Under the pieces are notes generated by a model that was not told where the DNA came from, made no database searches, and saw nothing but the letters and a program-made list of their open reading frames with translations. From contig NC_135263.1 of NCBI RefSeq assembly GCF_964204865.1, positions 9,486,001-9,550,000 of the forward strand: DNA of 64,000 nt, given 5' to 3'. Numbering within the stretch: position 1 is the stretch's first letter; each line of letters opens with the position of its first letter. The stretch comes from Styela clava (lineage: Eukaryota). This document shows, in pieces, positions 39,801-52,892 of the stretch. The translations under genes and the position numbers were made by a program.

Positions 39801-41609
39801 AATGGGACCGGTACAGGGGTGTGATGAGCAACTGGGTCGGCGTCTGATTTGATCATCAGTTTCATTGGCGGCCCTTCCATCATGGGCAAAGGCTGGTGTT
39901 CACACGTATTAAACGTGCTGGCTCGGTAGTGTTCAATGAAAAAGTTCTTAAGCTGTGCGAGGTTGTTTGTTGTGGCTAGAAATGGGAGTTTGGTGGGCAA
40001 CGTAGGAGGTAGTTGGCGGCGAGGACAATCACATTGCTTTTGTGTCTGGGCGCTTGTGTGTTTTGCTTCCCTGTTGCTATTTGCGACGGATTTGTCCAGT
40101 GAAGCCGCGCCAGACGCACAATAGATGCTTTGTTTTATGTCGCCTATTTTGGGAAAGTTGTTAGAGATCATTCCCAAGGCGGTGCAAGCTTCCCTGCTGA
40201 TGAACATTTTATCGGTGCTGTCAGTAACGTATGTTATATGCCTAGTTTCAACCGCATCGCCCCTTTCATCATTTCCAGATATTCGCAGGATCGCGGCGCC
40301 AATTATGTTGATACGTTTGTTGTTCGCTGCATGCATCTTCATAATGACTGGTATGAGATCCTTGTCCTTCAGTCCACTGCGGCGGATAATCTTGATGCTC
40401 GCAAGGCAACTTTGACATCCCGTGTCGGCCATTGCCGTGACTCTGGCGACACTGCTGTTGGCCTTTAGGCAGAATCCGAGCGCTTCGTAGTCCTCTTTGA
40501 CAGCTCTTATGGCAAGGCCTATGAATGGTTGAGGTTTCGAAGGCCTCTTGGTCCATATGTCATAGACATTGTCGTATAGATGGTGATCCAGTGATATGCT
40601 TTGGCTTGGCAATCGTTTGGAATTATTAGATCGGATTGTGCCAACGTTCGCGCTTACTGAACACATCGCATCAAAAACGGCTCCTTCGCATTCAGCATCT
40701 TTGTTTGGTTTGCTAGTTCCCGTTCTTCTGGAACTATTTTTCTTCCTGCACATGTGATCATGATGGTGTTTGAGACCGCAGTGTCCACAAGTGTGGTCAT
40801 ATGCCGTACATTCCGCTTGCCTGATTTTTGGGACTGCCCTAGCGCCATGGCCGGGTTCGCCGCAGTATGAGCATTTATTTTGAACATTCCTTTTATCTCG
40901 TCTGTAGGAACTGCTACGCGCAGCTTCCGCACCCATCGAGTCGAACAGGCGTGTAGCTGATCGTTTTCCAGATTCCTTAGTTTCCACGAATAGGAAGACT
41001 TCTTCGAGTGTCATGTCCTGATTTCTGTCGCCCAAAAGATCGAGTTGTATTTCCTGATCAGCTATGCCTCGCGTGAGCACGTCCCGTAAGATAGCATCTG
41101 TATAATTGACAGTTGCTTCGCAAGAAGGGCATTTAATCTGGAATTTGCATATTCCGGCTTGTCCACGTAGGCGGGCGCCAAAAGATCGGACAGTTTCATC
41201 TCTGTCCTGTCGCATGTTATGCAATGCCACTCTTGCAACCATTGTGTTTTCTTCGCGGACTGCCAGTAGTTTTATGGCAGCTACAACGTCATTTTCTGGT
41301 TTACCTGCCAGACTGCCACCCGCTGCCTGCGTGATGTCTTTTCGAAGGGCTTCGTCGCAGCATTCCAGTAGCTGCATTACTCTATCGCTACCCTCTATTT
41401 TCGTTGCGTCAACATATTCCTTCCATCTCGTTTCAAAGTATGCCCATTCCTCTGATGATCCAGCCATGGTGATTGTTGGCCTACGCACTTTTTCCACTTT
41501 TGCAACCGGCGATGAGTTGTGTGTGATGGAATGTGCTGTTACCTGTTATCAAGGCAGCCACGATGGCATCGCTTTGGTCTGGTGTTTGGTATGTACGGAC
41601 GACGGGCAT
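36856..41609 (-). pseudogene. gag-pol polyprotein, interrupted by several stops and frameshifts
   Basis: Gag Zn-knuckles (CSYCGEPGH; CGHCGLKHHHDHMC), protease MADTGCQS, RT (FDAWNGY; RYRYRTAPQG..KCIDD), RNase H (TDWSK..YAPIEGDAL..DHKPL), integrase (HAAHQG..C..C; CADFF; SDGGPEF; NCRAE). Likely start ATG at 41609, with a 7-nt insertion near 41540. Confidence 0.88.
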
Positions 41610-41684
41610 GATGATTGCAAGCACTGGTGCTAGTAAATAGTCACGTTAGCCAAATGTTGATAACGATAACTAGATATTAAGCTA

Positions 41685-41695
41685 GAGTTCCGTCA
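41685..41695 (-). promoter_or_regulatory. Primer-binding site complementary to the element's own LTR (candidate self-priming PBS)
   Basis: The element strand reads TGACGGAACTC immediately after the 5' LTR. Its exact complement GAGTTCCGTCA lies inside the LTR (41742-41752). The PBS does not begin with TGG. Confidence 0.7.
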
Positions 41696-41827
41696 TAGAT
41701 AGGATTGACAGTCCATTTGTTACACTTTTATTAGTAAACAATGACGGAACTCAATAATAACTGAAATGAAATAAGAACAAGAGTTAACATTAAATCACAC
41801 ACTGCACAGTCTACATAAATATTCACT
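41696..41827 (-). repeat. 5' LTR (132 bp)
   Basis: Element-strand termini are AGTG...TCTA and the LTR contains AATAAA. Confidence 0.93.
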
Positions 41828-42680
41828 AGCAATAACTGAATTTTTTTCTCTGGCGTGTAGATTTCAGTGTACAATTTTCAAATTTAGATCAGTATTAGAT
41901 TTTTGCTGATTTTAAACTTGGATTGGTCAATTTATAGCAGATGTCACCAAACAACGGCCCGCGGGCCAGATCCGTTCCATGGTTTCCTTTCATCTGGTCT
42001 GCAATAACACGAAAAAATGGCGAAATATTTTTCCAGGGGATGTTTCCCAGAGCGACTTCCTTGTTTATTTTGTAACACTGGCCAATCAGCAAGATGCAAA
42101 AGTTGCCATCTTAGGGGTTGTAGTTTAATTGCAGTAATCACAAATTAGCCTAGAAATATTTGTTATAAAATAGGCTGAAATTCTCTACCGGTACGCAACG
42201 ATCACGCAACGTTTTCTGCGAAAGATACACTCGTGGCGCGTGTTTTCGGCAAGACTGTTGCTGTGTACTACGTTTCAGGTTGTCCAAAACTCTAGAAATA
42301 TTGTATCTATTTGTTTTGCTTTGATGTTCTTGATCTATATTCTGCGTTATAAAATTTAATATTCAAGACTTCAGAAATGTCGAATTTATATTGGTGAATA
42401 AATTGAATGGATTTTCCAACTTTTGTGAATTTATTATATTGCATTGACAAAAATATTTGTCCGGCCCGTTTCCAACACAGTTTGAGTCATACCGGTCCCT
42501 GATTTATAGGATCGTAGCATTTTATTTCGTGACAATCCTTGGAAGAATAGTATCTGCACATGTACATACACTAAAGTAAACTTTTTTGCAAATATTTTTG
42601 ATGGTAGTACTAAAGAAATGACACGACGAAGTCGGCGCGAGTCTTCTAGCACCAAACATACACTGGTATACACTAGCCCT

Positions 42681-42836
42681 CTACCTTGGCAAAACGTAAT
42701 ACTGGGCGGAACTTAAAATAAGATCCAATTGATTCGAAAATTCAAAAGCAGTTCGTCACTACCTTGGCAAAACGTAATACTGGGCGGAACTTAAAATAAG
42801 ATCCAATTGATTCGAAAATTCAAAAGCAGTTCGTCA
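42681..42836. repeat. Perfect 78-bp tandem duplication
   Basis: CTACCTTGGCAAAACG...GCAGTTCGTCA at 42681-42758 and 42759-42836. Confidence 0.9.
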
Positions 42837-44597
42837 CACCGTCAAGGTCGCAAACTTTTTGTCACTGGCAGATCTTCGATACCAACAGAAATCAGATGCG
42901 AAATGATAAAAAACGAGACCAAATATATGTGGAAACCCCACGCGAGGAAGCGGACTGGTTAAAGGCCAAATTATGATTAAATTACATATTTTTTAAAAAT
43001 AGTTTTCATACCTATGACCATATAGGATGATACTTAAGAAAGAAATACAAGCGAAATTTATTTCGAGCGTGCCAATACGTTTGAATCGCCTGGTCACTTA
43101 GAGTTAGACCAATCATTCCATTAAATGCTAGGGCACTATTGAAAACTCGGCTATGAAGATTGCTGTGGCTCCCCTCTTACTTGATGTCCTAAGCACGGGG
43201 TTCTTAATAATGGTGGAGGAATAAATGTAGTTAGTGTCGCCTTAGAAACCCAAATTAATACAATATCTCCATACAATATTCCTTTACCTCAGCATTAGAG
43301 CGATTTAATTATACCGTTAAACTATTTTCTGTATTGGATTATGTTCATAATAGTGTTGACTTTGTATTTTTGATGGTAATTATAAAAATATTGTAATATT
43401 TGTGATAATAAATTTCTCTTTCTATACTTACCTAAAATGGGATAAGATTTTCATATTCCTCTCGGGGGAACGAACGTCGTGGTTCAATCACGTGACGGCC
43501 TATTTTCCGGTTACCATTCGACGTGGGAATGGGATTAGTTTCAGACGCATGGACTTGATGGGGGAAAGAGTCGTTGCCGACCAGTAGTTTTCCAAACTAA
43601 TCAACGACGGAGGGGGTCCAAACTTGCACATAATTATTCCCCACCTGATTCTTACCCGCGCAGGGTAATAAGCGGAGCGTTTGCACCAGTACCGTACTCC
43701 GTAGTATGATCTGGACTCCAGTTTGGCCAGATATATAACAAGTGAATGAAAACTATTCATGCATCCAATCTGTGACAATTTTGGTTGGACAGTTTGAAAT
43801 TAAGACTGACATGCGTCTGCTTACCCATAAAAGGTATATATGTTAAAATGTAGACCACAAAACGCAACCATTCGCTTACACACCCAGTTAGAAAATACAG
43901 GAACATATTAGAAAATGATCCAAGACCATGAACCAATTTGTCATGACACAATGGGACTTTTTTGAAGGTGGAATTTCAGCTTTCAATACCTCCCTGAACA
44001 ATTCCAAAATTTTTCACTGTAGAATACATCTCAGATTCGGACATATATTTGTAAAAAATTGACCAAAAGTCTGATATAAAAATTTCAATGTCTACCAACT
44101 CCTGATTCGAAGAAGTCTACTCAAAAAGCAACATACACAAGGTCTGGTTAAACATATCACATCAATCCAAAACAGACCATGGCAATATTCCTGAAAATAT
44201 TCTCAATCATGACTTGAGATTAACCAAAGCAAACCAGTTCTGGTAGGCATATGCTATCACGGTTACATTCTATAAAACAAATTGTTTCATGGTGAACTAG
44301 GCGAATCTGATACTGTTTTAATTTTTGATAGCAGCTACTACCTGAAACTAACAATGTTGAGAAATATGAGACAAATGTTCAAGATTAAGAGCAGGGAGTA
44401 GTAATGCAATGGAATGTCCTCCCTTCGATTGCAACAAGATAGCCCTCCCAAACTATAAAAAAACACCACCTTTATCCCATGCGAAGTGATAATTTTCAAG
44501 TAATACAAGGAGCGATTCAGGAATTGGGTATTTCATTACCATCCGCCAAATTCACCAATGCAGATCGAGCAAGTTCTATTTGCTCATTTTGACTTCA

Positions 44598-47500
44598 CTA
44601 TGTTGCTGGAGTTTCCACTTTAATAAAAGCAGCACCACTTGCGAAGTAACTCTTTTTACCGTCAGCTAAAGCTTCTTCATCCACTCGTTTCTCCGATGCA
44701 CTTGGATTTACAATTTCAATTCCTTTCAAAGGAGTGAAAGCCACAGATGATGCTGTTCCACTCCCCCTGTCTCTTATTGATGTTTTCCCTCCCCAAGTGC
44801 TTGCAGCACCTGCTCGATTTGCCTTTTGAATCTTTTGTTGTAATGTTTTTGATACTTTCACTTGAGTTTTGTTGTCAACCTTCAAAAAATATTAAGAAAA
44901 TAAACTATCCCTCAATCTAGCTTATAGATACATGGATAATTTTAAACTACTAACAAATACAACAAGATGAATACAGAATAACATGCGAATATAAAATGGC
45001 TCCATTATCATTTAGTGCTATTCGCTGCAATAATGTTCTAAATAACGCAAAATAAAATAACATGGATAAAAGGAATCTTATTAGAAGTTTTATCAATACG
45101 AACTCCCGTCGGAGGTACGGTGTCCTAATCACTCACACATTATAATATGTAAAATAAAACAACGTACTTGTGCGGCTCTTATTCTCCCAGTTCCCTTCTT
45201 TCCAAGCTGACCGAGTGAAAATCCCAAGTTTTGTTGATAAGCTTCATCCTCAATTTCACCAAAAGTCATTCTATTGGCCTGTTTCCTCATTTCTGTCATT
45301 CCAAGTCTTTCTTTCATTTTTCTATACCTTCTACCTCCTCTCTTCTTCCGTCCTGGATCAATTGGAGCTGGAAGAGCTTTAATCTAAATATAGCGTTGTT
45401 TTGAACTTTGCTCAGTATCACTCGCTTTTAAGACCTAGATTTGATTAAATTGCTCAAAAAATATTCAAGTACCTGTTTAACAGGAGGTGGCTCTTGCCAT
45501 TTTTCTAACTTTCTTTCAATTTCCTCTTTCAAATTGAATCCACTTTTGCCATCTGGTGCTTCATGAAAACTGTCAATTCGAGCGGCTAGAGTTACCTAAA
45601 AAGAAGCCAATTCACAACTCAATGAGCCAATTTGAAAATATATGCTAACATTGGTAACATTCTCAATAATTCCTTACTTTGGCAGAAACAAGTCTTGCTG
45701 CTTTTCTTCTTAAATCCGTAGGAATGTTCTGAACTAAGTCACTGTAATAAATATATCCTAGGAATTAAAATATGAGCATTAGTTTTGTTCTTTTGAAATC
45801 TGATAAAAGGAACACCTATATAATTGTATAATGAGTTCTTATAAAAAGCTGTGCTTTCGTATTCATACTGGAGCTGGGAAAAATACAAATGATCTCATTA
45901 TTTACCCATCCTAAGATCCTATGTTGTAACTACAAAAATTACCTGTATGGGGATTTATAGCAGTGCTAGAGAATCCAGTTAATGTTTTCTTTTGAGATCC
46001 AAGTAACATTATATTACATGCAGGCATCTTTGTCAAGGCAATAAGACCCCCTGCTGCTCCCATTAACTTGGCAGCTGTCGAGGCTCCTAAAGACCAAAAG
46101 TAAAATTTAGAACTACATGTGATACTCATGAATGGAAAATAGACTGACAATAAGATGCAAGCTGATTTTGCCAAAATTACTTTAATCAATTTTTATATTA
46201 CTGTTTATTTTATTATTGCTTGCCAATTTTCCACTGGATTCACAAGTACGGTAAATTATATCGATTCTATATCAATTATTTACTAGAAGATTCTTTAAAA
46301 TTGACGGCCAGTGCATGGTAACACTAGTCTGACGAATACCCTGTGAATTCGCTGCTTTAAATGCACCGTAGGATGGTTTATGTTGAACAGTAAGGGCTTT
46401 CTCCACCATTAAGTCTGAAATGAACATCTGGTTAATTCCTGAAACGGTGACAGTGGTTCCATGGTCTGCCATTATAATTAGGCTTCCCTCCCCCCTCAGA
46501 TACTATGAAATGCCTATATTTCTACTGCCAGTCCTATTTTTTATTACTCACTATACGCTTACCGACAATGATTGTGAGGTTTGGTGCAATGAAAGACATT
46601 CTGGCTTCAACATATTCTAAAATCTTCATTTTAGCCAGTATTAAATCCTCTGACATATGACACGCTTCCAAAATTCTTTTTTCTTCGTATTCATCTAACT
46701 GTTTTCCTTGGGTCGTAGAAGCAGTAACGCTCACAACCATAATTGTGGCATTTGATAATACCTGAAAACAAATATATTGTAGTGAAGCTACCACGGGAAA
46801 CCTGTAAAAATGGTAGTTCCAGTAGCAAGATATGTCCCCTGGGCAGAAAAATCATGCAAATTGGAGAAAAATATTTATAACCCAGGAGTCAAAAACGAGG
46901 TTATCAAGTGCTTACTTCCATCAGCCATCAGCAGCTGACCACTGGTCACGAATGGATAGTTGACTTTAAATAACTTGATTAATCAAAAAAGTTCAATGCA
47001 AAAAAACGAATCTTTAACATTTAAATTTGTGACAAGATTACCTGTTGTAAAACTTCATTGTTTTTACATCTCTCCAAATCATTTCCTAATTCCTTTACGG
47101 TTCGAATATACTCTAGAGGTGTTGGAACAAGAGACTCAAGTTCAGGAAATCTTTTCATATAATTATCCCTGAAATAGATTGATGTTAATTGGCTTTGTAT
47201 AAACAATGCCTCAGCATGATCAGAAATAAACTGTTGGTATTGTACATTTTGTAGTGATTTACAAATTCTTCTACAGTTAATTCATTTGAATAGTTCAACA
47301 TATAATGTGATGTATTACCGGTAACTAATGACAGTTCGAATAATAGAAATGTTTATATAACTGTCCGTCAAATAAACAGTTGTGTGATGCAAAACAAACG
47401 TACCTGCAAAATTTATGTATAATATTGATTTCATTATCAATTTCAACTGTTAAATTATTTGATTCAACTATAAGCTGATATTCTGGATTAGATTCTACTG

Positions 47501-48279
47501 GACCTGCTGATGATACAGGCTCATTTTTGTCAAGAATTTCCGCTATTCGACCCATTACTCTTTTGAATTGATCACTTCCATTCAACCTGTAAAAAAAAAT
47601 GATTGGCTTTAAAATAAAATATCCCCCTGAAAAATAAAACCCACAGTTTCTATATTCATCTTTTATACGTTTTTATCAATTTTTCTATTGTCCGTTAGGT
47701 TGATGAAATATATTTATAACCGGAGCACAAATACCACAGCTGAAAGATGGTTAAATAAATGCACAGAGTAGCTACCTATTACTGTATTATAGGATCATGA
47801 ATCAAATTTTAAAAATGCCAGCCGATCTTATTAAACAAGTTGGATTCAAAGAGATTTCACAATCCCAAATCGTTCATATTCTGTACATTATAAGAAAGAT
47901 TCTGAATCTAATCATTCAGAATAGTAGCATTTGACTTTTCCACCAATAGAAATAGTTATAGAGCGATTGATAAATATAATAATTAGATAATGACTGACTT
48001 AGATAGACTGAAATATGGAGCCCTCTATTTCTGTATATTTACTAATGCAGTAATTATTACAACACAAACATACTACATTCTGACATTAAATCAATACCTT
48101 GCAACATGATGAATGCTTTCAGAATCGGTTGCTTTATGTCCAGAATCAAGATCATCTATATCGTCAATATCATCGATTCCATCGGAATCATCTTCCAGTT
48201 GATGCTCTTCTTCCATTGCAACTTCTCCATCCATTCCAGCATCTTCCAAATCTGCTAAAAGTTCATCAGCCAGAGACAT
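44598..48279 (-). CDS. PRPF31: U4/U6 snRNP protein Prp31
   Basis: 9 coding exons: 48098-48279 ([12 protein letters not shown]), 47404-47586 ([13 protein letters not shown]), 47042-47168 ([10 protein letters not shown]), 46563-46761 ([24 protein letters not shown]), 45943-46086 ([10 protein letters not shown]), 45678-45757, 45473-45595, 45168-45383 ([13 protein letters not shown]), 44598-44879 ([20 protein letters not shown]). Confidence 0.96.
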
Positions 48280-49643
48280 ATTTGTTGATCAATGTTTTGG
48301 ACACAGATAGATGACTATTCTGCTATTAGTCCTAAAACAAAGTTACAATGTTGCATTTGGTAAACAACATGCCAATTGCCAATAAGAAAGTACATGAAAT
48401 AGAAAAAAACAGACTTGTTCAGTTTGTGCATGTTAGTACCCTAATCTAAAATGCACAATGGAGTAGCCTAATCCATTTCTACTTTCTGATCTTAATACAG
48501 TAATATCTTCCTCAATTTTTAGTTTTAATATTTTCTTCAATGTCAGAATGTATTAACACAGATAAATAATTGCAATTTATAAATAAGCCGCCTAACACAG
48601 TTTGAGGCCTCATCACGTTACTTTTCACGTAGAGAGAATATTAGAATCAAGGAGGAACTCCCACTAAAAGGCCATTTGTCTTTTTTTTTTTTTTTGGTTA
48701 TCCAAATACGTGATTTCAATTTATTTGCATGAAGTCACCAAGAATTTATTTTTCCACATTTTGGCCGAATTTTAATTATTCATATTTTTCACCCCCCATA
48801 TGTTTTATGTTAAAAATTACATATAAAAGAAGGAAGTTATTTGTCACGCCATGATGCTAACTACTAACTCCCAACACCAACACACAACGTTTCCAACAAC
48901 ACTATTGAAGCCATCGATAATCACACATGAAAACGTATGATGGACGTAAAGCTATTGTGCTGCGATGAGTCAATTTTTAAATCCGACACCGAGTCACTTT
49001 TTGTAATTTCGACTAAATTCTAAGAGATTCCACCAATTTTTACCCAATCACTATTATTTTGCTAAAAAGAATGAGACCCCAAAATATGAACAGATTTACA
49101 AAATGCAGTGCAATGCATTTTTTTCATCTTTCATGCTGATTATGGAAGCAAAATAATCTAATACTTGTATGTCTGATAACCTGAAATTGTGGTTAAAAGA
49201 ACAAAGTTTTTAACAGTTGGACTAGCAAGTGACGGATGCAGGTGTGAGTTAGGAACTGTAACTGTGTATGTTTGCGTTGCTGGTTTAGTTTTTCATAAAG
49301 TCCTATATAACTTGCTTTATTGTTATTTAACGTAAAAGTTTGTTGAGTGCGGAATCTAATAAAAACTGTACCATGCATGCGTCTGAACTATGTCAGTTTA
49401 CTGACAGTGTGAACAAAATGGTCCGGAGCCTTGCTGTCGTTGATCTTGCATATTGGCATACACAAAACTGTCCCGCTCTATTGATATATAATCTTTCAAT
49501 ATTGTTCTATACTATTTGGTAATGATAATATTATTCATGGAATCTCTCTCTCTCTATGAACTTTAGAAATCAGTGTATGCTTGCCTGCAAAAACATATAT
49601 CTATCTACACTATAAAGTTTCTCTTGGTTTTCAGATTGGAGTA

Positions 49644-50681
49644 ATGGATATATTAAATTCTAAGATTTTAAATATAGATGGACTTTTGTATATAAATTAC
49701 CTTGAAGAGGAAGATTTTGTAATAAATGAACCTAATGAAGAACAATTATACGAGGATGAAACAACTGAAGATGAAACCCTCAACTATGAAAAAACCAGCA
49801 CTGGTTTCAAGGGAAGTATTTCGTGTCCAAGTGCATTATATAAATATGTTATAGGCAGTCGTGGTGCAACAAAGCAAAAGATTGAATATGAAACACATTC
49901 AAAAGTCATAATCCCACAGCGTGGGCAAAGTGGTGACATACTTGTGAAAGCAAAGTCAACAAAAGATGTTGAAGCAGCCATTACCAGGATAGAACTTCTG
50001 ATTTCAGAAAAACGTTGGAAAGAACCATTTGCACATTTTGTCACAATTCCTCTTAATGATGATGTTCTTAAAGATGGATTGAATAAGTTTAAAACTGAAG
50101 TGTTAAAAAAATTTTCAGGCGATGAAGGAGTAACGGATAAATTATTTCCTACTTATGGCAAATTACATTTGACGATAACGACATTAATTCTTCTTGATGA
50201 ATCCGAGTGCGAAAGGGCAGTTAATGTTCTTCAAGGAATCAAAACTAGTAAGATTCTAATAAACTGTGATAGAAAAAGAATTTGTGTGCAAGGTATAGAA
50301 TACATGAATGATGATCCACAAGCAATAGATGTTCTATATGCGAAAGTATCATGCCCCGATGATCCTAATTTTCTGCAAGAATTAGCAGATCACATTGTAT
50401 CAGAATTTGATAGTGCAGGACTTGCGAGAAAAGAACGGGGCCATGTGAAATTACATGCTACTGTAATGAATACTTTGCGAACAATAGACCGCCCGGACCC
50501 CAACCAAAAGAATTTGAGGAACACGAACCAAAAAAGGATAACCTTTGATGGGAAGAATATCCTGAAGGAATTTGAAAACTATTACTTCGGAGAGTTCGAT
50601 CTGAGGGAAATACATATTTCTAAAAGACACACTGTTGGTAAAGATGGATATTATGAAAGTCTTGATATTGTAGCAATATAA
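49644..50681 (+). CDS. ASCC1: Activating signal cointegrator 1 complex subunit 1 (KH + 2H phosphoesterase)
   Basis: Start MDILN, KH GxxG loop (VIGSRGATK), two HxT motifs (KLHLTI, KLHATVMN) and GIEYMNDDP. The CDS is intronless, with a splice acceptor TTTCAG at 49634 just upstream. Confidence 0.92.
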   Translation: MDILNSKILNIDGLLYINYLEEEDFVINEPNEEQLYEDETTEDETLNYEKTSTGFKGSISCPSALYKYVIGSRGATKQKIEYETHSKVIIPQRGQSGDILVKAKSTKDVEAAITRIELLISEKRWKEPFAHFVTIPLNDDVLKDGLNKFKTEVLKKFSGDEGVTDKLFPTYGKLHLTITTLILLDESECERAVNVLQGIKTSKILINCDRKRICVQGIEYMNDDPQAIDVLYAKVSCPDDPNFLQELADHIVSEFDSAGLARKERGHVKLHATVMNTLRTIDRPDPNQKNLRNTNQKRITFDGKNILKEFENYYFGEFDLREIHISKRHTVGKDGYYESLDIVAI

Positions 50682-51190
50682 TGTTTATGCATACAATCTT
50701 TTAAAATATTTCATTGATAGAAGACAAAAGTGTTCTGAAGTATACTTAATAACTGGCAACTACATTTCAACAAGTTCAAGCTTTCTTTTCTAATTAGGGA
50801 ATAGGTAATTATTACTTTGCATACCAAACTGGGAAGCTGTTCTCTTACACTATTGCTAAAAATTGTCTGTTTACTGTTACCTCTCATCATGGCTGGTATT
50901 TAAAAAAAATCATCTTCTTGACACCCAAGGGCTTTTGTTCGGATATATTTAGAGATAATTGTTAGTTTTTTTCAATGCACCAAAAGTCCACAGACTTTTC
51001 AGTATTAACTATTTTGAAAACGATGTTACAACACAAATGTGCTCATATAAAGAGTTCCAGTCGTTCAGAGTTGATATTCAATGAACATCATATGTCTTTG
51101 CATTCATCAACAAATAGGATTTACGCAGTTTAAACTACTTTTAAGCATCGTTTGAGATAGTAATTCATATTGACAATCGTTGTGTATTAT

Positions 51191-52892
51191 TCAGCCATCT
51201 TCCACAAAATCATATTTCAGGTCCTCCCCGGCCATTGTAATCTTATTAAATGTTTTTTCGGAGACGTTCGTTTGCAAATTTTCAAAAGTTTTTGTTGGTT
51301 TATCCCATACGTAACAGAGTTGTATTTTGAATTCCGCCATCATTATTTTCAAGAGTTTCTGTAATAGGGTTAAACTTACTAAATATTCTATTGCTTAAAT
51401 ATAAGCAAACTTGGAAACAAATCTCTTACCAAAATATTTGCTTGCTCAGGCGATAACACTTCGCCTTCTTTACATACTTTGTGTTGTTCCAACATGGTCA
51501 CTACACCTAGAATGATAATATAATTCATATCTGTAGTGTTTTGTTGGCGACAGAAACTAGGATATTGACCACTTTTGAACAATAGATTACAATTAAAGAC
51601 AGTGTGAAAGATATATCAGTTAATCTCAAATTCATGGCTGTTAAAAAACAAGCTCTTTCATTATTGGCTATTGCGTTTCTTAAAATGCATATCTACAGTA
51701 TATATCAATAAAAAAGGATACGATACTGAACATCTGCATACCTTTTTTCAAAGCAACAGGCAATCCTAGCTTACGTAAGTGTGGTTCAATGGCATGAGAA
51801 AACTGGTTGAGAGGCCCTTCTTCCAGAACAACTGTACTGTCTGCTTTGAATCCAGACTTTGCAAAATCGTGCTCCCCAAAGCTGGAAAACCATCTGGAAC
51901 AGAATTATATTTTATGCAATAATAAAAGATTGTTCTCCAACATCACAGATAACCATGTAAAAAGATTGAAGTAAAACTCACTCCTCCACTTCTTTTTTTG
52001 TCTTGCTTGTAAAAAGGATTCCGACTTCTCCGGTTAACTTTTTTGATATGTTGTGAATGTTTTCCATATACTCATCGCCTGATTCTTTACCAAGGGCTAG
52101 CATCATTACTTTATTCTTTCCAAAGAAAAACCTTCAATTTCATAATAGAGAATAGAAACTAACATGCAGACATAGCAGATAAACACATACATGTTTAACC
52201 ATAGTAAGCATAAGCTATATAATAGTCGAAAGTTGAATTGGCTAGAATCACTATCAATCATTGCTTTTCGGAGCACAAACCATTCAACATAAGTCCACAG
52301 TCAAAATGATGATGCAATCCAAAAACTTTACCAGCTTCATACCTACTGTGCTTCCATGCATTTCTTACATCTTTTAACTTGCTGTTCCGCATATTGTGAA
52401 CACTGAATACAAATATTCGTTCATACATGTCAACGCATTTTCGCACCTGTTGAATGGGGAGGAAAAAAATTCTGAAGACAAGCACAAAAAAACGGAAAAA
52501 AATCTTTGTGATTTGCACCATTTATATAATATGAAGTGTAAAAAATGTGTAACCAAGTACTGAAATACCTCCTCTACCAGATTCTGCTTTCCTTCTAAGC
52601 CCTTTTTTCTTGTTTTAGTCAGGGATACTGAAATAAAAGTAAACACGTTTATTTCTGCATTTCCCAGTTTTGTTCTCAAAAAAACAGAATTTATTTTACG
52701 ATTCAGTAATTATCAACTAGATGAAGTATAAAAAACAATAGCTAACCTATTTCTGTAGTTATTGTCCAGGTTCGTATTTAAGAATATTAATACTGGATTC
52801 CCAGTTCAAGTCCGATGTATATTCAATTATTCAACAAAATATCACCCAGGCAAATTGAACTTACCTCGTTTGTCACGTTTCGACTTCGGCAT
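51191..52892 (-). CDS. MRTO4: mRNA turnover protein 4 homolog (pre-60S assembly factor)
   Basis: 7 exons: 52865-52892 (MPKSKRDKR), 52569-52627 ([11 protein letters not shown]), 52343-52446 ([17 protein letters not shown]), 51982-52131 ([14 protein letters not shown]), 51742-51893 ([10 protein letters not shown]), 51430-51506 ([16 protein letters not shown]), 51191-51358. Confidence 0.93.

Larger units (their letters stand above)
36694..41827 (-). mobile_element. Ty3/Gypsy LTR retrotransposon, full length, recently inserted, coding region frameshifted
   Basis: LTRs at 36694-36826 and 41696-41827 differ by 1 substitution and 1 indel. Direct repeat AGCAAT on both flanks. PPT GGGGGGAG abuts the 3' LTR. 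Domain order is gag-PR-RT-RH-IN. Confidence 0.95.

Noticed and set aside
46088-46561. Intronic snoRNAs in PRPF31/MRTO4 introns
   Set aside because: No convincing C/D or H/ACA box arrangement with terminal stems was identified by eye. A covariance-model search would be needed.
49581-49643. N-terminal extensions of the ASCC1 (also GLRX3 53996-54055 and RTF1 57708-57797) ORF calls
   Set aside because: They run through pyrimidine-rich splice acceptors, and the downstream ATGs fit the expected protein starts better.
51712-51726. GTATCCTTT U12-like donor inside an MRTO4 intron
   Set aside because: The in-frame donor is the upstream GTATGC at 51741, and no U12 branch site was seen near the acceptor.
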